A DNA stretch of 60,106 nucleotides, counting the filler. It is 4 parts of 4 records of this genome, joined end to end, with 100 filler letters (N's around TTAATTAATTAA, not from the genome) between each part and the next. Parts side by side here need not be neighbours in the genome. Positions count along the whole stretch, not along the records: positions 1 to 12,072 come from SRR20825019_2301; 3 more parts are not named here. The stretch is one strand, 5' to 3'. Numbering within the stretch: position 1 is the stretch's first letter; each line of letters starts with the position of its first letter. Shown here one piece after another: positions 1 to 8,767 of this stretch. The notes below the pieces were generated by a model. That model searched no databases, was not told the DNA's origin, and saw only the letters and a list, made by a program, of their open reading frames with translations. A program made the position numbers and the translations under genes.

Positions 1-245
1 CCGGACATATTCTGGCGACCTGGGCGCACCGTATGGCCGATGCGTCGATCCTGGCGCCCGTGGTCTATATCCAGATCGTGCTGGCCGCGGTGTCGGGGAT
101 CGTGTTTTTCAACCAGTGGCCCACGCTTTGGACGCTGGCGGGCGGGCTGATCATCATCGCCGCAGGTTTCTACATCTGGCAGCGCGAGCGCATTCTGGGC
201 AAGCGCGCCGCGGCGGACAAGGCCGCCAACATCGCACCGCATTGA
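1..245 (+). CDS. DMT/EamA-family transporter, C-terminal fragment (5' truncated by window)
   Basis: Hydrophobic C-terminus ADASILAPVVYIQIV...FFNQWPTLWTLAGGLIIIAAG is typical of the EamA repeat end. Confidence 0.8.
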   Translation, partial: GHILATWAHRMADASILAPVVYIQIVLAAVSGIVFFNQWPTLWTLAGGLIIIAAGFYIWQRERILGKRAAADKAANIAPH

Positions 246-266
246 ATTCATCAAGGGAGAGAGAAT

Positions 267-1010
267 ATGGGCAGATTGGACGGCAAACGCGCATTGATCA
301 CCGCCGCAGGGCAGGGGATTGGCCGTGCCAGCGCATTGGCCATGGCCGCCGAGGGCGCGCAGGTGTTCGCCACCGACATCAGCGCCGAGGCGCTGGCCGA
401 ACTGAAGGGCGACGGCATTGAAACCATGGTGCTGGATGCCCGCGACACCGACAGCGTGAACGCAGGCGTGGCCAAATCGCGGCCCGACGTGTTGTTCAAC
501 TGCGCGGGCTTTGTGCACCACGGCACGGTGCTGGATGCCAGCGACGACGAATGGGACTTTGCCTTTGACCTGAACGTGCGGGCGATGTTCCGCACCATCC
601 GCGCGGCCTTGCCCGGCATGGTCGAACGCGGCGCGGGGTCGATTGTGAATATGTCGTCGGCCTGCTCATCCATCATCGGCGCGCCGAACAGGTTCATCTA
701 TGGCACCACCAAGGCGGCGGTGATCGGCCTGACAAAATCGGTGGCGGTGGACTATATCAAGACCGGCGTGCGCTGCAATTGCATCTGCCCCGGCACCGTT
801 GAAAGCCCAAGCTGGCACGACCGCGTCAAGGCGTTGGGCGAAGAAATGGGCAGCTACGAGGCCGCCCTGGAGGCCTTCGTGTCGCGCCAGCCCATGGGCC
901 GCGTGGCGAAAGCGGAAGAAATTGCCGCACTGGTCGTGTATCTGGCCAGTGACGAAAGCGGATTTACCACCGGACAGCCCCACGTCATCGACGGCGGCTG
1001 GTCGGGCTAA
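267..1010 (+). CDS. SDR oxidoreductase (BDH2 / 2-keto-3-deoxy-L-fuconate dehydrogenase-like)
   Basis: TAAGQGIG nucleotide-binding motif, LFNCAGFVHHG, catalytic YGTTK, CPGTV; purine-rich RBS upstream. Confidence 0.9.
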   Translation: MGRLDGKRALITAAGQGIGRASALAMAAEGAQVFATDISAEALAELKGDGIETMVLDARDTDSVNAGVAKSRPDVLFNCAGFVHHGTVLDASDDEWDFAFDLNVRAMFRTIRAALPGMVERGAGSIVNMSSACSSIIGAPNRFIYGTTKAAVIGLTKSVAVDYIKTGVRCNCICPGTVESPSWHDRVKALGEEMGSYEAALEAFVSRQPMGRVAKAEEIAALVVYLASDESGFTTGQPHVIDGGWSG

Positions 1011-1040
1011 ACATACACTATCAGGAAGAAGGACAACGAT

Positions 1041-1889
1041 ATGAAACTGCTACGTTACGGTGACGCGGGCGCCGAAAAGCCGGGGATGCTGGACGCCGAT
1101 GGCACGCTGCGCGATCTGTCCGGTGTCGTGAGCGACATCGCGGGCGATGTGCTGTCTGACGAAGGTCTGGCCAAGCTGCGCGACATCGACCCCGCCAGCC
1201 TGCCCAAGGTCGACGGCAATCCCCGCCTTGGCCCCTGCGTCGGCAACATCGGCAAATTCTGCTGCATCGGTCTGAACTATTCCGACCACGCCGCAGAAAC
1301 CGGTGCCGCGATCCCGGACCATCCGATCCTGTTCATGAAGGCCAACAGCGCCATCGTCGGTCCCAACGACATGGTGATGAAGCCGCGCGGCTCGACCCAC
1401 ACAGATTGGGAGGTCGAACTGGGCGTCGTCATCGGCAAGGCCGCCAAATACGTCTCGAAAGAGGACGCGCTGGATTATGTCGCGGGCTATTGCGTGATCA
1501 ACGACGTGTCCGAACGCCACTACCAGTCACAACTGACCGGCCAGTGGACCAAGGGCAAAAGCTGCGACACCTTCGGCCCCACCGGCCCGTGGCTGGTGAC
1601 CCGTGACGAGGTTGCGGACCCGCAGGCGCTGGCGATGTATCTGGATGTGAACGGCAAGCGGATGCAGACCGGCAACACGCAAACCATGATCTTTACCGTG
1701 GCCGAGATCATCGAACATCTCAGCGGGCTGTTCACCTTGCAGCCGGGCGACGTGATCTCGACCGGCACACCTCCGGGGGTTGGTCTGGGGATGAAACCCA
1801 CGCCGGTCTATCTGGAAAAAGGCGACGTGATGGAGCTGGGCATCGACGGTCTGGGCGTGCAACGTCAAGAGGTCGGCCAGGACGCCTGA
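1041..1889 (+). CDS. Fumarylacetoacetate hydrolase family protein (diketo-acid hydrolase-like)
   Basis: CIGLNY, DWEVELGVVIG, NDVSER, KGKSCDTFGP and GDVISTGTPPGVG motifs; AAGGA RBS. Confidence 0.92.
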   Translation: MKLLRYGDAGAEKPGMLDADGTLRDLSGVVSDIAGDVLSDEGLAKLRDIDPASLPKVDGNPRLGPCVGNIGKFCCIGLNYSDHAAETGAAIPDHPILFMKANSAIVGPNDMVMKPRGSTHTDWEVELGVVIGKAAKYVSKEDALDYVAGYCVINDVSERHYQSQLTGQWTKGKSCDTFGPTGPWLVTRDEVADPQALAMYLDVNGKRMQTGNTQTMIFTVAEIIEHLSGLFTLQPGDVISTGTPPGVGLGMKPTPVYLEKGDVMELGIDGLGVQRQEVGQDA

Positions 1890-1905
1890 TTTGGCGCATT
1901 GACGG

Positions 1906-1946
1906 AACGGCCCCGCGTGTTGGCGCACGCGGGGCCGTTTTTGTTT
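1906..1946 (+). terminator. Rho-independent terminator after the SDR-FAH genes
   Basis: 14-bp perfect stem AACGGCCCCGCGTG/CACGCGGGGCCGTT, 6-nt loop, followed by a T-rich tract. Confidence 0.85.
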
Positions 1947-1985
1947 GTGCCATTGCGGGGTGGCATTTTTCCGCCGTGCCGCCCC

Positions 1986-2014
1986 TTGGCACCTGCAACA
2001 CGCTCGGCTAATAG
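1986..2014 (+). promoter_or_regulatory. Putative sigma70 promoter of queCDEF
   Basis: TTGGCA-N17-TAATAG; predicted start (~2021) coincides with the 5' end of the riboswitch. Confidence 0.55.
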
Positions 2015-2020
2015 GGCCAT

Positions 2021-2055
2021 CCCGGTCGCAGCCTACCCGGGTAACAAAACAAGGG
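2021..2055 (+). promoter_or_regulatory. preQ1 class I riboswitch (T. tengcongensis-like), translational type
   Basis: CCCGG-TCGCAGCCTAC-CCGGG-TAACAAAACAAGGG: 5-bp P1, UCGCAG loop and AACAAAACAAG tail overlapping the RBS 6 nt before the queC ATG. Confidence 0.9.
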
Positions 2056-2061
2056 TACAAA

Positions 2062-2763
2062 ATGAAAACCATCGTTATCTGCTCTGGCGGATTGGATTCG
2101 GTATCGCTTGCGCACATGGTGGCGCAGCAACACGAACTGACCCGCCTTGTCTCGTTCGACTATGGCCAGCGGCATCGCAAGGAACTGGACTATGCCGCCC
2201 TGTGCGCCCAGCGTCTGGCCGTTCCCCATGACATCATCGACATGCGCGCCATCGGTGCGGCACTGACCGGCTCGGCGCTGACCGACGACATCGACGTGCC
2301 TGACGGGCATTACGCAGAAGAAAGCATGCGTATCACCGTGGTGCCCAACCGCAACGCCATCATGTTAACGGTCGCCTTTGGCGTGGCCGCCGCGCGGGGC
2401 GATGCCGCCGTGGCGACAGCGGTGCACGGGGGTGATCATTTCATCTATCCCGATTGTCGTCCGGCCTTTACCGAAGCCTTTGAAGCCATGCAAAAACAGG
2501 CGCTGGACGGCTATGCCGATGTGTCGCTGTACACGCCCTTCGTACACCGCTCCAAGGCCGACATTGTCACCGAAGGCCAACGCTTTGGCACGCCCTTTGT
2601 CGACACATGGTCCTGCTACAAGGGTGGCACACATCATTGCGGGCGCTGTGGCACCTGCGTAGAACGCCGCGAGGCTTTTGATCTGGCGGGGGTGAGTGAT
2701 CCAACCACTTATGAGGACCCCGACTTTTGGGCGCAAGCGGTCGCGCAAAAGGCAGGTGCGTGA
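2062..2763 (+). CDS. queC: 7-cyano-7-deazaguanine synthase
   Basis: SGGLDS PP-loop, FDYGQRH, VPNRN, YPDCRP, TWSCY, HCGRCGTC zinc motif; ATG at 2062. Confidence 0.96.
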   Translation: MKTIVICSGGLDSVSLAHMVAQQHELTRLVSFDYGQRHRKELDYAALCAQRLAVPHDIIDMRAIGAALTGSALTDDIDVPDGHYAEESMRITVVPNRNAIMLTVAFGVAAARGDAAVATAVHGGDHFIYPDCRPAFTEAFEAMQKQALDGYADVSLYTPFVHRSKADIVTEGQRFGTPFVDTWSCYKGGTHHCGRCGTCVERREAFDLAGVSDPTTYEDPDFWAQAVAQKAGA

Positions 2764-3116
2764 TGTACCGGATCACCAAGGAATTCCATTTCTCCGCCTC
2801 GCATCAGCTGTCGCATCTGCCTGACGGGCATCAATGCGCGCGCCTGCACGGGCACAATTACGTAGTGGTGGTCGAGCTGTCTGCCGAAACGCTGAACGCC
2901 GACGGCTTTGTGCGCGACTATGGCGAGCTGAAGCCGCTGAAAGAGTACATCGACGCGCAGTTCGACCACCGTCATCTGAACGACGTGATGAACGTGCCCT
3001 CGACCGGCGAGAACATGGCCCGCCATTTCTATGACTGGTGCGCGGCGCGCTGGCCCGAGACAGCGGCGGTCAAGGTCAGCGAGACACCCAAGACATGGGC
3101 GGAGTACCGGCCATGA
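2763..3116 (+). CDS. queD: 6-carboxy-5,6,7,8-tetrahydropterin synthase
   Basis: [39 protein letters not shown] overlap with queC. Confidence 0.95.
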   Translation: MYRITKEFHFSASHQLSHLPDGHQCARLHGHNYVVVVELSAETLNADGFVRDYGELKPLKEYIDAQFDHRHLNDVMNVPSTGENMARHFYDWCAARWPETAAVKVSETPKTWAEYRP

Positions 3117-3823
3117 CCGGGCTGCGCATTGCCGAAATCTTTGGCCCCACCATCCAGGGCGAGGGGGCGCTGATCGGGGAACCCACGGTGTTCGTGCGCA
3201 CCGGCGGGTGCGATTACCGCTGTGTCTGGTGCGACAGTCTGCACGCGGTTGATCCGGTGCATCGCCAAAGCTGGGCGCGGATGACCACTGATGACGTCTG
3301 GGCCGAGATCACGCGACTGTCGCGCGGTCGGCCGCTGACCGTCTCGCTGTCGGGGGGCAATCCGGCCATTCAGGATTTCACCGCGCTGATCGCACGCGGG
3401 CACGATGCCGGCTATCGCTTTGCCTGCGAGACCCAGGGGTCAATGGCGAAACCGTGGTTCGGGGATCTTGATACGCTTGTGCTCAGCCCCAAACCGCCCT
3501 CCAGCGGTGAGACGGTGGATTGGGATGCCTTTGACGCCTGCGTTGCGATGGGCAAAGGCGCGGCGCAGACGGTTCTGAAGATCGTGATCTTTGACGACGC
3601 AGACTATGAATGGGCGCAACAGGCGGCTGAGCGTTTTCCGACCCTGCCGCTGTACCTGCAACCCGGCAACCCCGAGGTTGATCCATCGCAGCCAGTCAAT
3701 CCCCAAGATCTGTCGGACCGGCTGTTGTGGCTGGTGGACAAGGTCACCGCCGATGGCTGGTTCGCACCGCGCGTCCTGCCGCAACTTCACGTCTTGCTCT
3801 GGGGCAACAAACGCGGGGTCTGA
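3113..3823 (+). CDS. queE: 7-carboxy-7-deazaguanine synthase (radical SAM)
   Basis: [27 protein letters not shown] (CxxxCxxC), [22 protein letters not shown] overlap with queD. Confidence 0.95.
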   Translation: MTGLRIAEIFGPTIQGEGALIGEPTVFVRTGGCDYRCVWCDSLHAVDPVHRQSWARMTTDDVWAEITRLSRGRPLTVSLSGGNPAIQDFTALIARGHDAGYRFACETQGSMAKPWFGDLDTLVLSPKPPSSGETVDWDAFDACVAMGKGAAQTVLKIVIFDDADYEWAQQAAERFPTLPLYLQPGNPEVDPSQPVNPQDLSDRLLWLVDKVTADGWFAPRVLPQLHVLLWGNKRGV

Positions 3824-3842
3824 CCCGCCGAAGGAACATCAT

Positions 3843-4304
3843 ATGGAAACGATTTACAGCGACCTGAAACAGCTGGGCGGCAAGACAGAGCTGCCCGAAA
3901 CCCCCGAACAGGCGGTGCTGGAACGCGTGGCGAACCCGCAGGCGGATGTGTCCTATTGCGTGCGCTTCACCGCGCCCGAGTTCACATCGCTTTGCCCGAT
4001 GACGGGGCAGCCCGATTTTGCACATATTGTGATTGATTATGTACCAGATCAGTGGCTGGTCGAATCCAAATCGCTGAAGCTGTTCCTGGGTGCATTCCGC
4101 AACCACGGGGCGTTTCACGAGGATTGCACCGTTTCGATTGCGCGGCGGCTGGTCGAATTGCTATCGCCGCGCTGGCTTCGGATCGGTGGCTATTGGTATC
4201 CGCGCGGGGGCATTCCGATTGACGTGTTCTGGCAGACCGGGGCGATGCCTGCGGATGTGTGGATCCCCGACCAGGGCGTGCCGCCCTATCGTGGTCGGGG
4301 ATAG
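3843..4304 (+). CDS. queF: NADPH-dependent preQ0 reductase (unimodular type)
   Basis: [46 protein letters not shown]. Confidence 0.96.
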   Translation: METIYSDLKQLGGKTELPETPEQAVLERVANPQADVSYCVRFTAPEFTSLCPMTGQPDFAHIVIDYVPDQWLVESKSLKLFLGAFRNHGAFHEDCTVSIARRLVELLSPRWLRIGGYWYPRGGIPIDVFWQTGAMPADVWIPDQGVPPYRGRG

Positions 4305-4310
4305 GGCGCG

Positions 4311-5219
4311 TCAGATGTCGATGATCGCGCCCTTGTGGCCGATCACCCGCGACGCCAGATCGTGCCCGGCCTGCAATGCCGCGGCCTGATCGTGGCCTTG
4401 GGCGCGCTGGAACAGGTAGCCTGCGTTAAAGCTGTCGCCGGCGGCGGTGGTGTCCACCACGTTGGCCGCGCGGGCAAAGCGCAGGCCCGAGGTGCTGCGC
4501 GACAGATCAAAGGGACCGGAGGGGCCGCGTTTCAGTGCGCCGTCGGTCAGGCCCGCAGCATCAAGGCGCGCCAGAACCGCGCCTTCGGTGGTGTCGCCGT
4601 GGATGGCCATTTCGTCATCGACGGAAGGCACGGCAATATCCGTCACGGCCCACATAGCGTTGTTCACGTCAATGGCGGATTGCGCGTCTTCCCACAGGCG
4701 GGGGCGGTGGTTGCTGTCATAGGCCACGGTGCCCCCCGCCTGCCGGTAAATGGCCAGCGCGTCGATCAGCGCCTTGCGCACAGGTGCGGGCAGGATCGCC
4801 AGGGTGATGCCCGACAGATAGACCAGGTCAAATTCCGACAGCACATCGAGCCCCACGGTGCAGGGCGTGCTGAACAGCGTGCGCGCGGCGCTTTCGGATC
4901 GCCAGTAGGTAAAGCTGCGTTCGCCCGCATCATCGGTGTCGATGGCGTAAAGCCCGATGTTGCGGTCCGCGCGGCGTTCGATGTGGGTGGTGTCGATGCC
5001 AAACCGGTCCATGTCCGCCACCGCACGCTGCGAGAAGGTGTCCTGCCCCAAAGCGGTGACATAGGACACTGTGCAGTCGGTGCCGCGCGCCAGTTGCGCC
5101 AGATAGACAGCGGTGTTGTAGCTGTCACCGGCCACGTTCAGGCAGGCATCGCCGGTTTGCTGGCCGACGATTTCGATCATCACTTCGCCGATGCAGGCAA
5201 TCTTGGAATAGGGTTTCAT
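4311..5219 (-). CDS. kdgK: PfkB-family sugar kinase, 2-dehydro-3-deoxygluconokinase-like
   Basis: IGEVMIE, AGDSYNTAVYLA, GERSFTYWRSESAAR, DTTAAGDSFNAG. Confidence 0.85.
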   Translation of the reverse strand: MKPYSKIACIGEVMIEIVGQQTGDACLNVAGDSYNTAVYLAQLARGTDCTVSYVTALGQDTFSQRAVADMDRFGIDTTHIERRADRNIGLYAIDTDDAGERSFTYWRSESAARTLFSTPCTVGLDVLSEFDLVYLSGITLAILPAPVRKALIDALAIYRQAGGTVAYDSNHRPRLWEDAQSAIDVNNAMWAVTDIAVPSVDDEMAIHGDTTEGAVLARLDAAGLTDGALKRGPSGPFDLSRSTSGLRFARAANVVDTTAAGDSFNAGYLFQRAQGHDQAAALQAGHDLASRVIGHKGAIIDI

Positions 5220-5340
5220 GTCACCTCGGGTCGGACTGCGAAAGCGCGGTTGGCTATGGTTGCGCTACCATAACGGGCGGCGGTCTGGGGGGGAAGGGTA
5301 GGCAAAGGCGAAATGCCGCTGGCGCGACTGTTTTATTTAA

Positions 5341-5398
5341 GGGGCGCTGCCCCCCGGCGCTTTCGCGCCTCCCCCGGAGTTTGTCCGGCTAGATGAAG
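5341..5398. repeat. Probable REP-like intergenic palindromic element
   Basis: GGGGCGCTGCCCC hairpin, GGCGC-TTTC-GCGCC hairpin and CTCCCCCGGAG...AGATGAAG tail; resembles a short repeat recalled from Rhodobacteraceae intergenic regions (one copy here). Confidence 0.5.
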
Positions 5399-5400
5399 GG

Positions 5401-5850
5401 TCAGGCGCCTTCGTTGCGCTGTGCGGTGACCGTGTGGGGCGTGATGGGGGTGCCGGTGTTTGCGTCGATCAGGACGGGGTCAACCGGCGTGCCTGTGCTG
5501 CGCGATACCAGCGTGACAGAGGACTGTTCGGGCGGCGGCACCGCGTCGTTGGCCCAGGTGATCAGCGACACCAGAACGGGATGCAGCGCCTTGCCCCGTT
5601 CGGTCAGCCGGTATTCGTAGCGCACGGGGCGTTCCTGATAGACCTCGCGGCGCAGGACGCCTGCATCTTCGAGGGTGCGCAGACGGTCGGCCAGCACGTG
5701 ACGGGTGATGCCCAGACGCTCTTGCATCTGGTCAAAGCGGCGGATGCCGAAAAAGCATTCGCGCACAACCAGCATGGTCCAACGGTCGCCGATCACGGAC
5801 AGGCCGCGGGCGATGGGGCAGGGATCGGTTCCAAGCTCATTCCATTTCAT
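5401..5850 (-). CDS. HxlR-family winged-helix transcriptional regulator
   Basis: CPIARGLSVIGDRWTMLVVRE...RRFD...LADRLRTL...YEYRLTERG. Confidence 0.92.
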   Translation of the reverse strand: MKWNELGTDPCPIARGLSVIGDRWTMLVVRECFFGIRRFDQMQERLGITRHVLADRLRTLEDAGVLRREVYQERPVRYEYRLTERGKALHPVLVSLITWANDAVPPPEQSSVTLVSRSTGTPVDPVLIDANTGTPITPHTVTAQRNEGA

Positions 5851-5869
5851 GAGTCCAACATACACCATA

Positions 5870-5921
5870 TTGACAGGTTCCGAAAGAGAACTTACTAGTT
5901 GGTTCTAAAATAGAACCCACT
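5870..5921. promoter_or_regulatory. Promoter plus two GTTC-N7-GAAC inverted-repeat operators between hxlR and the thioesterase gene
   Basis: TTGACA(5870-75)-N17-TACTAG; operators AGGTTCcgaaagaGAACTT (5875-5893) and GGTTCTAaaaTAGAACC (5901-5917). Confidence 0.7.
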
Positions 5922-5945
5922 AATGTGAGTGCAAAGGAAACCGCC

Positions 5946-6458
5946 ATGTCCCTTCAGACCAGAACCCGCAGCTATAATTATCCGATGCCTGCCTTTGATG
6001 TGGCGGCTGCGACGCAGATGTCGGGTCTGGACTATCTGCAGGCACTGACGGGCGGGCGGATCGGGGCAGAGCCGTCGATCGGTCCGACCATCGGGATGCA
6101 TATCCCGCACGAACTGGGCGAAGGCCACGCGGCGGTGGATGCAACGCCCAGCGATTTTGTGTTGAACCCCATGGGCGGCGTGCACGGCGGATTTGCAGCG
6201 ACGGTGCTGGATTCGGCGTTGGGCCTGTCTGTCCACACCACTCTGAAAGCGGGCGAAGGGTTTTCGACCGCCGAGTTGAAGGTGAACTATACTCGCGCCA
6301 TGCGCCCCGATGCAGGCCGGATGCGTGCCACCGGCACCGTGATCCATCGCGGCCGCCAGATGGCGACCGCCGAGGCGCGGCTGATGGGTGTGGAGGATGG
6401 CAAGCTTTATGCCCATGCCTCGACCACTTGCTTTATTTTCCCTCTGGGCAAAGGCTGA
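5946..6458 (+). CDS. PaaI-family hotdog thioesterase
   Basis: NPMGGVHGGFAATVLDSALG, TAELKVNYTR, KLYAHASTTC; AAGGA RBS before ATG 5946. Confidence 0.92.
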   Translation: MSLQTRTRSYNYPMPAFDVAAATQMSGLDYLQALTGGRIGAEPSIGPTIGMHIPHELGEGHAAVDATPSDFVLNPMGGVHGGFAATVLDSALGLSVHTTLKAGEGFSTAELKVNYTRAMRPDAGRMRATGTVIHRGRQMATAEARLMGVEDGKLYAHASTTCFIFPLGKG

Positions 6459-6462
6459 ACCG

Positions 6463-7875
6463 ATGACCGATGTCCCCGTCACGCCCCTGCGTCCCGCGAT
6501 GAACCTGCCCGATCCGACGGCGGTGGCCCGTGCGGCGCGTACGCACAGCCTGTTGCATGATCCCATCGGGCGTACGCTGGCGCGGCTGGCAGCCCCCAAC
6601 GTGCTGGCGATGTTCGTGACCTCGGTCACCAGCATTGCCGAGGCATTTTTCGCAGGTCTCATGGGGGTGAATGCACTGGCTGGTCTGGCACTGGTGTTCC
6701 CGCTGGTGATGCTGACACAGATGCTGTCGGCAGGGGCCATGGGCGGTGCAATCTCGGCGGCGGTGGCGCGGTCACTGGGCGGAGGTGACACGTCGCGGGC
6801 CAGCGGGTTGACGGTGGCCGCGTGGATCATTGGGATCGGCTTTGCCGCGGGATCTGCGGTGTTGATGGCCCTGTTCGGGCGCACGATTTTTGTCGCATTG
6901 GGTGGCGCTGATACCGCCGTGGCGGCGGCGCTGTCCTATGCGGGCGTGTTCTTTCCGGGCTGTCTGGCGCTGTGGCTGTGCAATGGCACGCTGAGCGTGA
7001 TCCGGGGCACCGGCAACATGGGCACGCCGTCGGTGTTGTTGTTCGTGGCTTCGCTGGGGTCGATCCCGCTGTCGGGCGCGCTGGCGCTGGGCTGGGGGCC
7101 GTTTCCGGCGCTGGGCATGGCGGGGCTGGCGCTGGGGCTGATCACGGCCAACGGCGCGGCGGGGCTGGTTGCCATCGCACTGGTGCTGTCGGGGCGTGCG
7201 GGGTTGGACATGGGCGGCGCACTGGCGCGGCTGCGGGGCGAGATGTTCCGCGACATCCTGCGCGTGGGCATCATCGCGTCGGTAAACTCGGTCCAGTCGG
7301 TTCTGACCATTGTGTTGATGGTGGCGCTGGTCGGTCGGTTCGGCACGGCGGCCCTTGCCGGCTATGGATTGGGCGCACGGCTGGAGTTTCTGATGATCCC
7401 GGTGGTTTTTGGAATTGGCACCGCCATGACGGCAATGGTGGGGGCCAACATCGGCGCGGGCAACACGCCCCGCGCGTTGCGGGTGGCGTGGACGGGTGCA
7501 TGTGCGGCCGCTGTCATTGTCGGAGGCATCGGCGCGGTGCTGGCGGTCTTTCCCGACCTGTGGCTGCGCATCTTCCTCGATGCTTCCGACACCGCGACGC
7601 TTGAGGTCGGCCGCGCCTATTTCCGCACCGTGGCGCCGTTCTATGCGTTTTTCGGACTGGGGTTGGCGTTGTTCTTTGCAAGCCAGGGTGCCGCCCGGAT
7701 GGCGTGGCCCGTGATCGCCAGCCTGTTTCGCATGGCTGTGTCCTTTGGCGTGGCGCTGGTGTTGATCGGCCGGACCGACATGGGCGTCGAGGCCGTGTTT
7801 GTCGGGGTGGCCTGCGGGACGGTGGTTTATGGCGTGGTCACTGCGGCTGCGGTCAGGATCACGCGCTGGCGGTAG
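6463..7875 (+). CDS. MATE-family efflux transporter
   Basis: Many TM segments; LAGLALVFP, RGTGNMGTP, LAGYGLGARLE, VGANIGAG motifs. Confidence 0.9.
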   Translation: MTDVPVTPLRPAMNLPDPTAVARAARTHSLLHDPIGRTLARLAAPNVLAMFVTSVTSIAEAFFAGLMGVNALAGLALVFPLVMLTQMLSAGAMGGAISAAVARSLGGGDTSRASGLTVAAWIIGIGFAAGSAVLMALFGRTIFVALGGADTAVAAALSYAGVFFPGCLALWLCNGTLSVIRGTGNMGTPSVLLFVASLGSIPLSGALALGWGPFPALGMAGLALGLITANGAAGLVAIALVLSGRAGLDMGGALARLRGEMFRDILRVGIIASVNSVQSVLTIVLMVALVGRFGTAALAGYGLGARLEFLMIPVVFGIGTAMTAMVGANIGAGNTPRALRVAWTGACAAAVIVGGIGAVLAVFPDLWLRIFLDASDTATLEVGRAYFRTVAPFYAFFGLGLALFFASQGAARMAWPVIASLFRMAVSFGVALVLIGRTDMGVEAVFVGVACGTVVYGVVTAAAVRITRWR

Positions 7876-7960
7876 CGGGCGGGCAGGGGACGCGCCGTCG
7901 CGGTTGCGTTCGGCTATCGGATTGACCAACCTGCCCGCATCCCAACCCCACAGAGGTCCC

Positions 7961-8758
7961 ATGCAGCAAGCCGAAGATTTCCGCGACGAAACCGACGCAT
8001 TGGCCGCGATCCTGCAACCGCTGTCGGATGCCGAGTTTGACCAGCCGACCCTGTTCAAGAGCTGGACCATCGACGATGTCATCGGTCATTTGCACATGTT
8101 CAACGTGGCCGCCGCCAAGTCATTGGAAAGCGACGCGGCTTTTGCAGAGTTCTTTGCCCCCATAGGGCAGGGCATGGCCAAGGGTATCTCGTTGCGCGAG
8201 TTGCAATACCCTTGGCTGGCAGGGCTGCGGGGCCGTGCCCTGATGGAGGAATGGGTGCGTACCGCCCACGCCACCGCCGATGACTTTGCCGCCGCGGACC
8301 CGAAGAAACGGCTGAAGTGGGCCGGGCCGGACATGAGCGCGCTGTCTTCGGTCACCGCGCGGCTGATGGAGACATGGGCGCACGGGCAAGAGGTCTTTGA
8401 CCTGCTGGGCCAGACCCGCATCGAACACGAGCGGGTCCGCAGCATTGCGCATCTGGGCGTGGCGACTTTTGGCTGGACGTTCGTCAATCGCGGGCATGAG
8501 GTGCCGACGCCTGCGCCCTTTGTCCAACTGACCGGACCGTCCGGTGCACTATGGGAATGGGGCGAGGCGCAATCCGACAACCGTGTCGTGGGCACGGCGG
8601 TCGAATTTGCGCAAGTGGTTTGCCAGACCCGCAACGTGGCCGACACGGCGCTGCAAACCACCGGACCCGTGGCGGCACGGTGGATGGCCATGGCGCAGTG
8701 TTTTGCAGGCCCGCCGGAAGACCCGCCCGCTAGCGGCGCGCGTCACAGGCGCCGCTAG
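7961..8758 (+). CDS. TIGR03084-like DinB/MDMPI-superfamily metal-binding protein
   Basis: PT..KSWTIDDVIGHL, TARLMETWAHGQ, QTRN..DT, AQCFAGPP; GAGG RBS before ATG 7961. Confidence 0.8.
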   Translation: MQQAEDFRDETDALAAILQPLSDAEFDQPTLFKSWTIDDVIGHLHMFNVAAAKSLESDAAFAEFFAPIGQGMAKGISLRELQYPWLAGLRGRALMEEWVRTAHATADDFAAADPKKRLKWAGPDMSALSSVTARLMETWAHGQEVFDLLGQTRIEHERVRSIAHLGVATFGWTFVNRGHEVPTPAPFVQLTGPSGALWEWGEAQSDNRVVGTAVEFAQVVCQTRNVADTALQTTGPVAARWMAMAQCFAGPPEDPPASGARHRRR

Positions 8759-8767
8759 CGCCGCAGC

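Noticed and set aside
2062-4304. queCDEF as a 7-deazaguanine DNA-modification (dpd) defence island
   Set aside because: No dpdA/tgt-like or dpdB-K genes in the contig; queF plus a preQ1 riboswitch point to ordinary tRNA queuosine synthesis
5875-5917. Alphaproteobacterial LexA box
   Set aside because: That box is the direct repeat GTTC-N7-GTTC; these are inverted GTTC-N7-GAAC beside a local regulator
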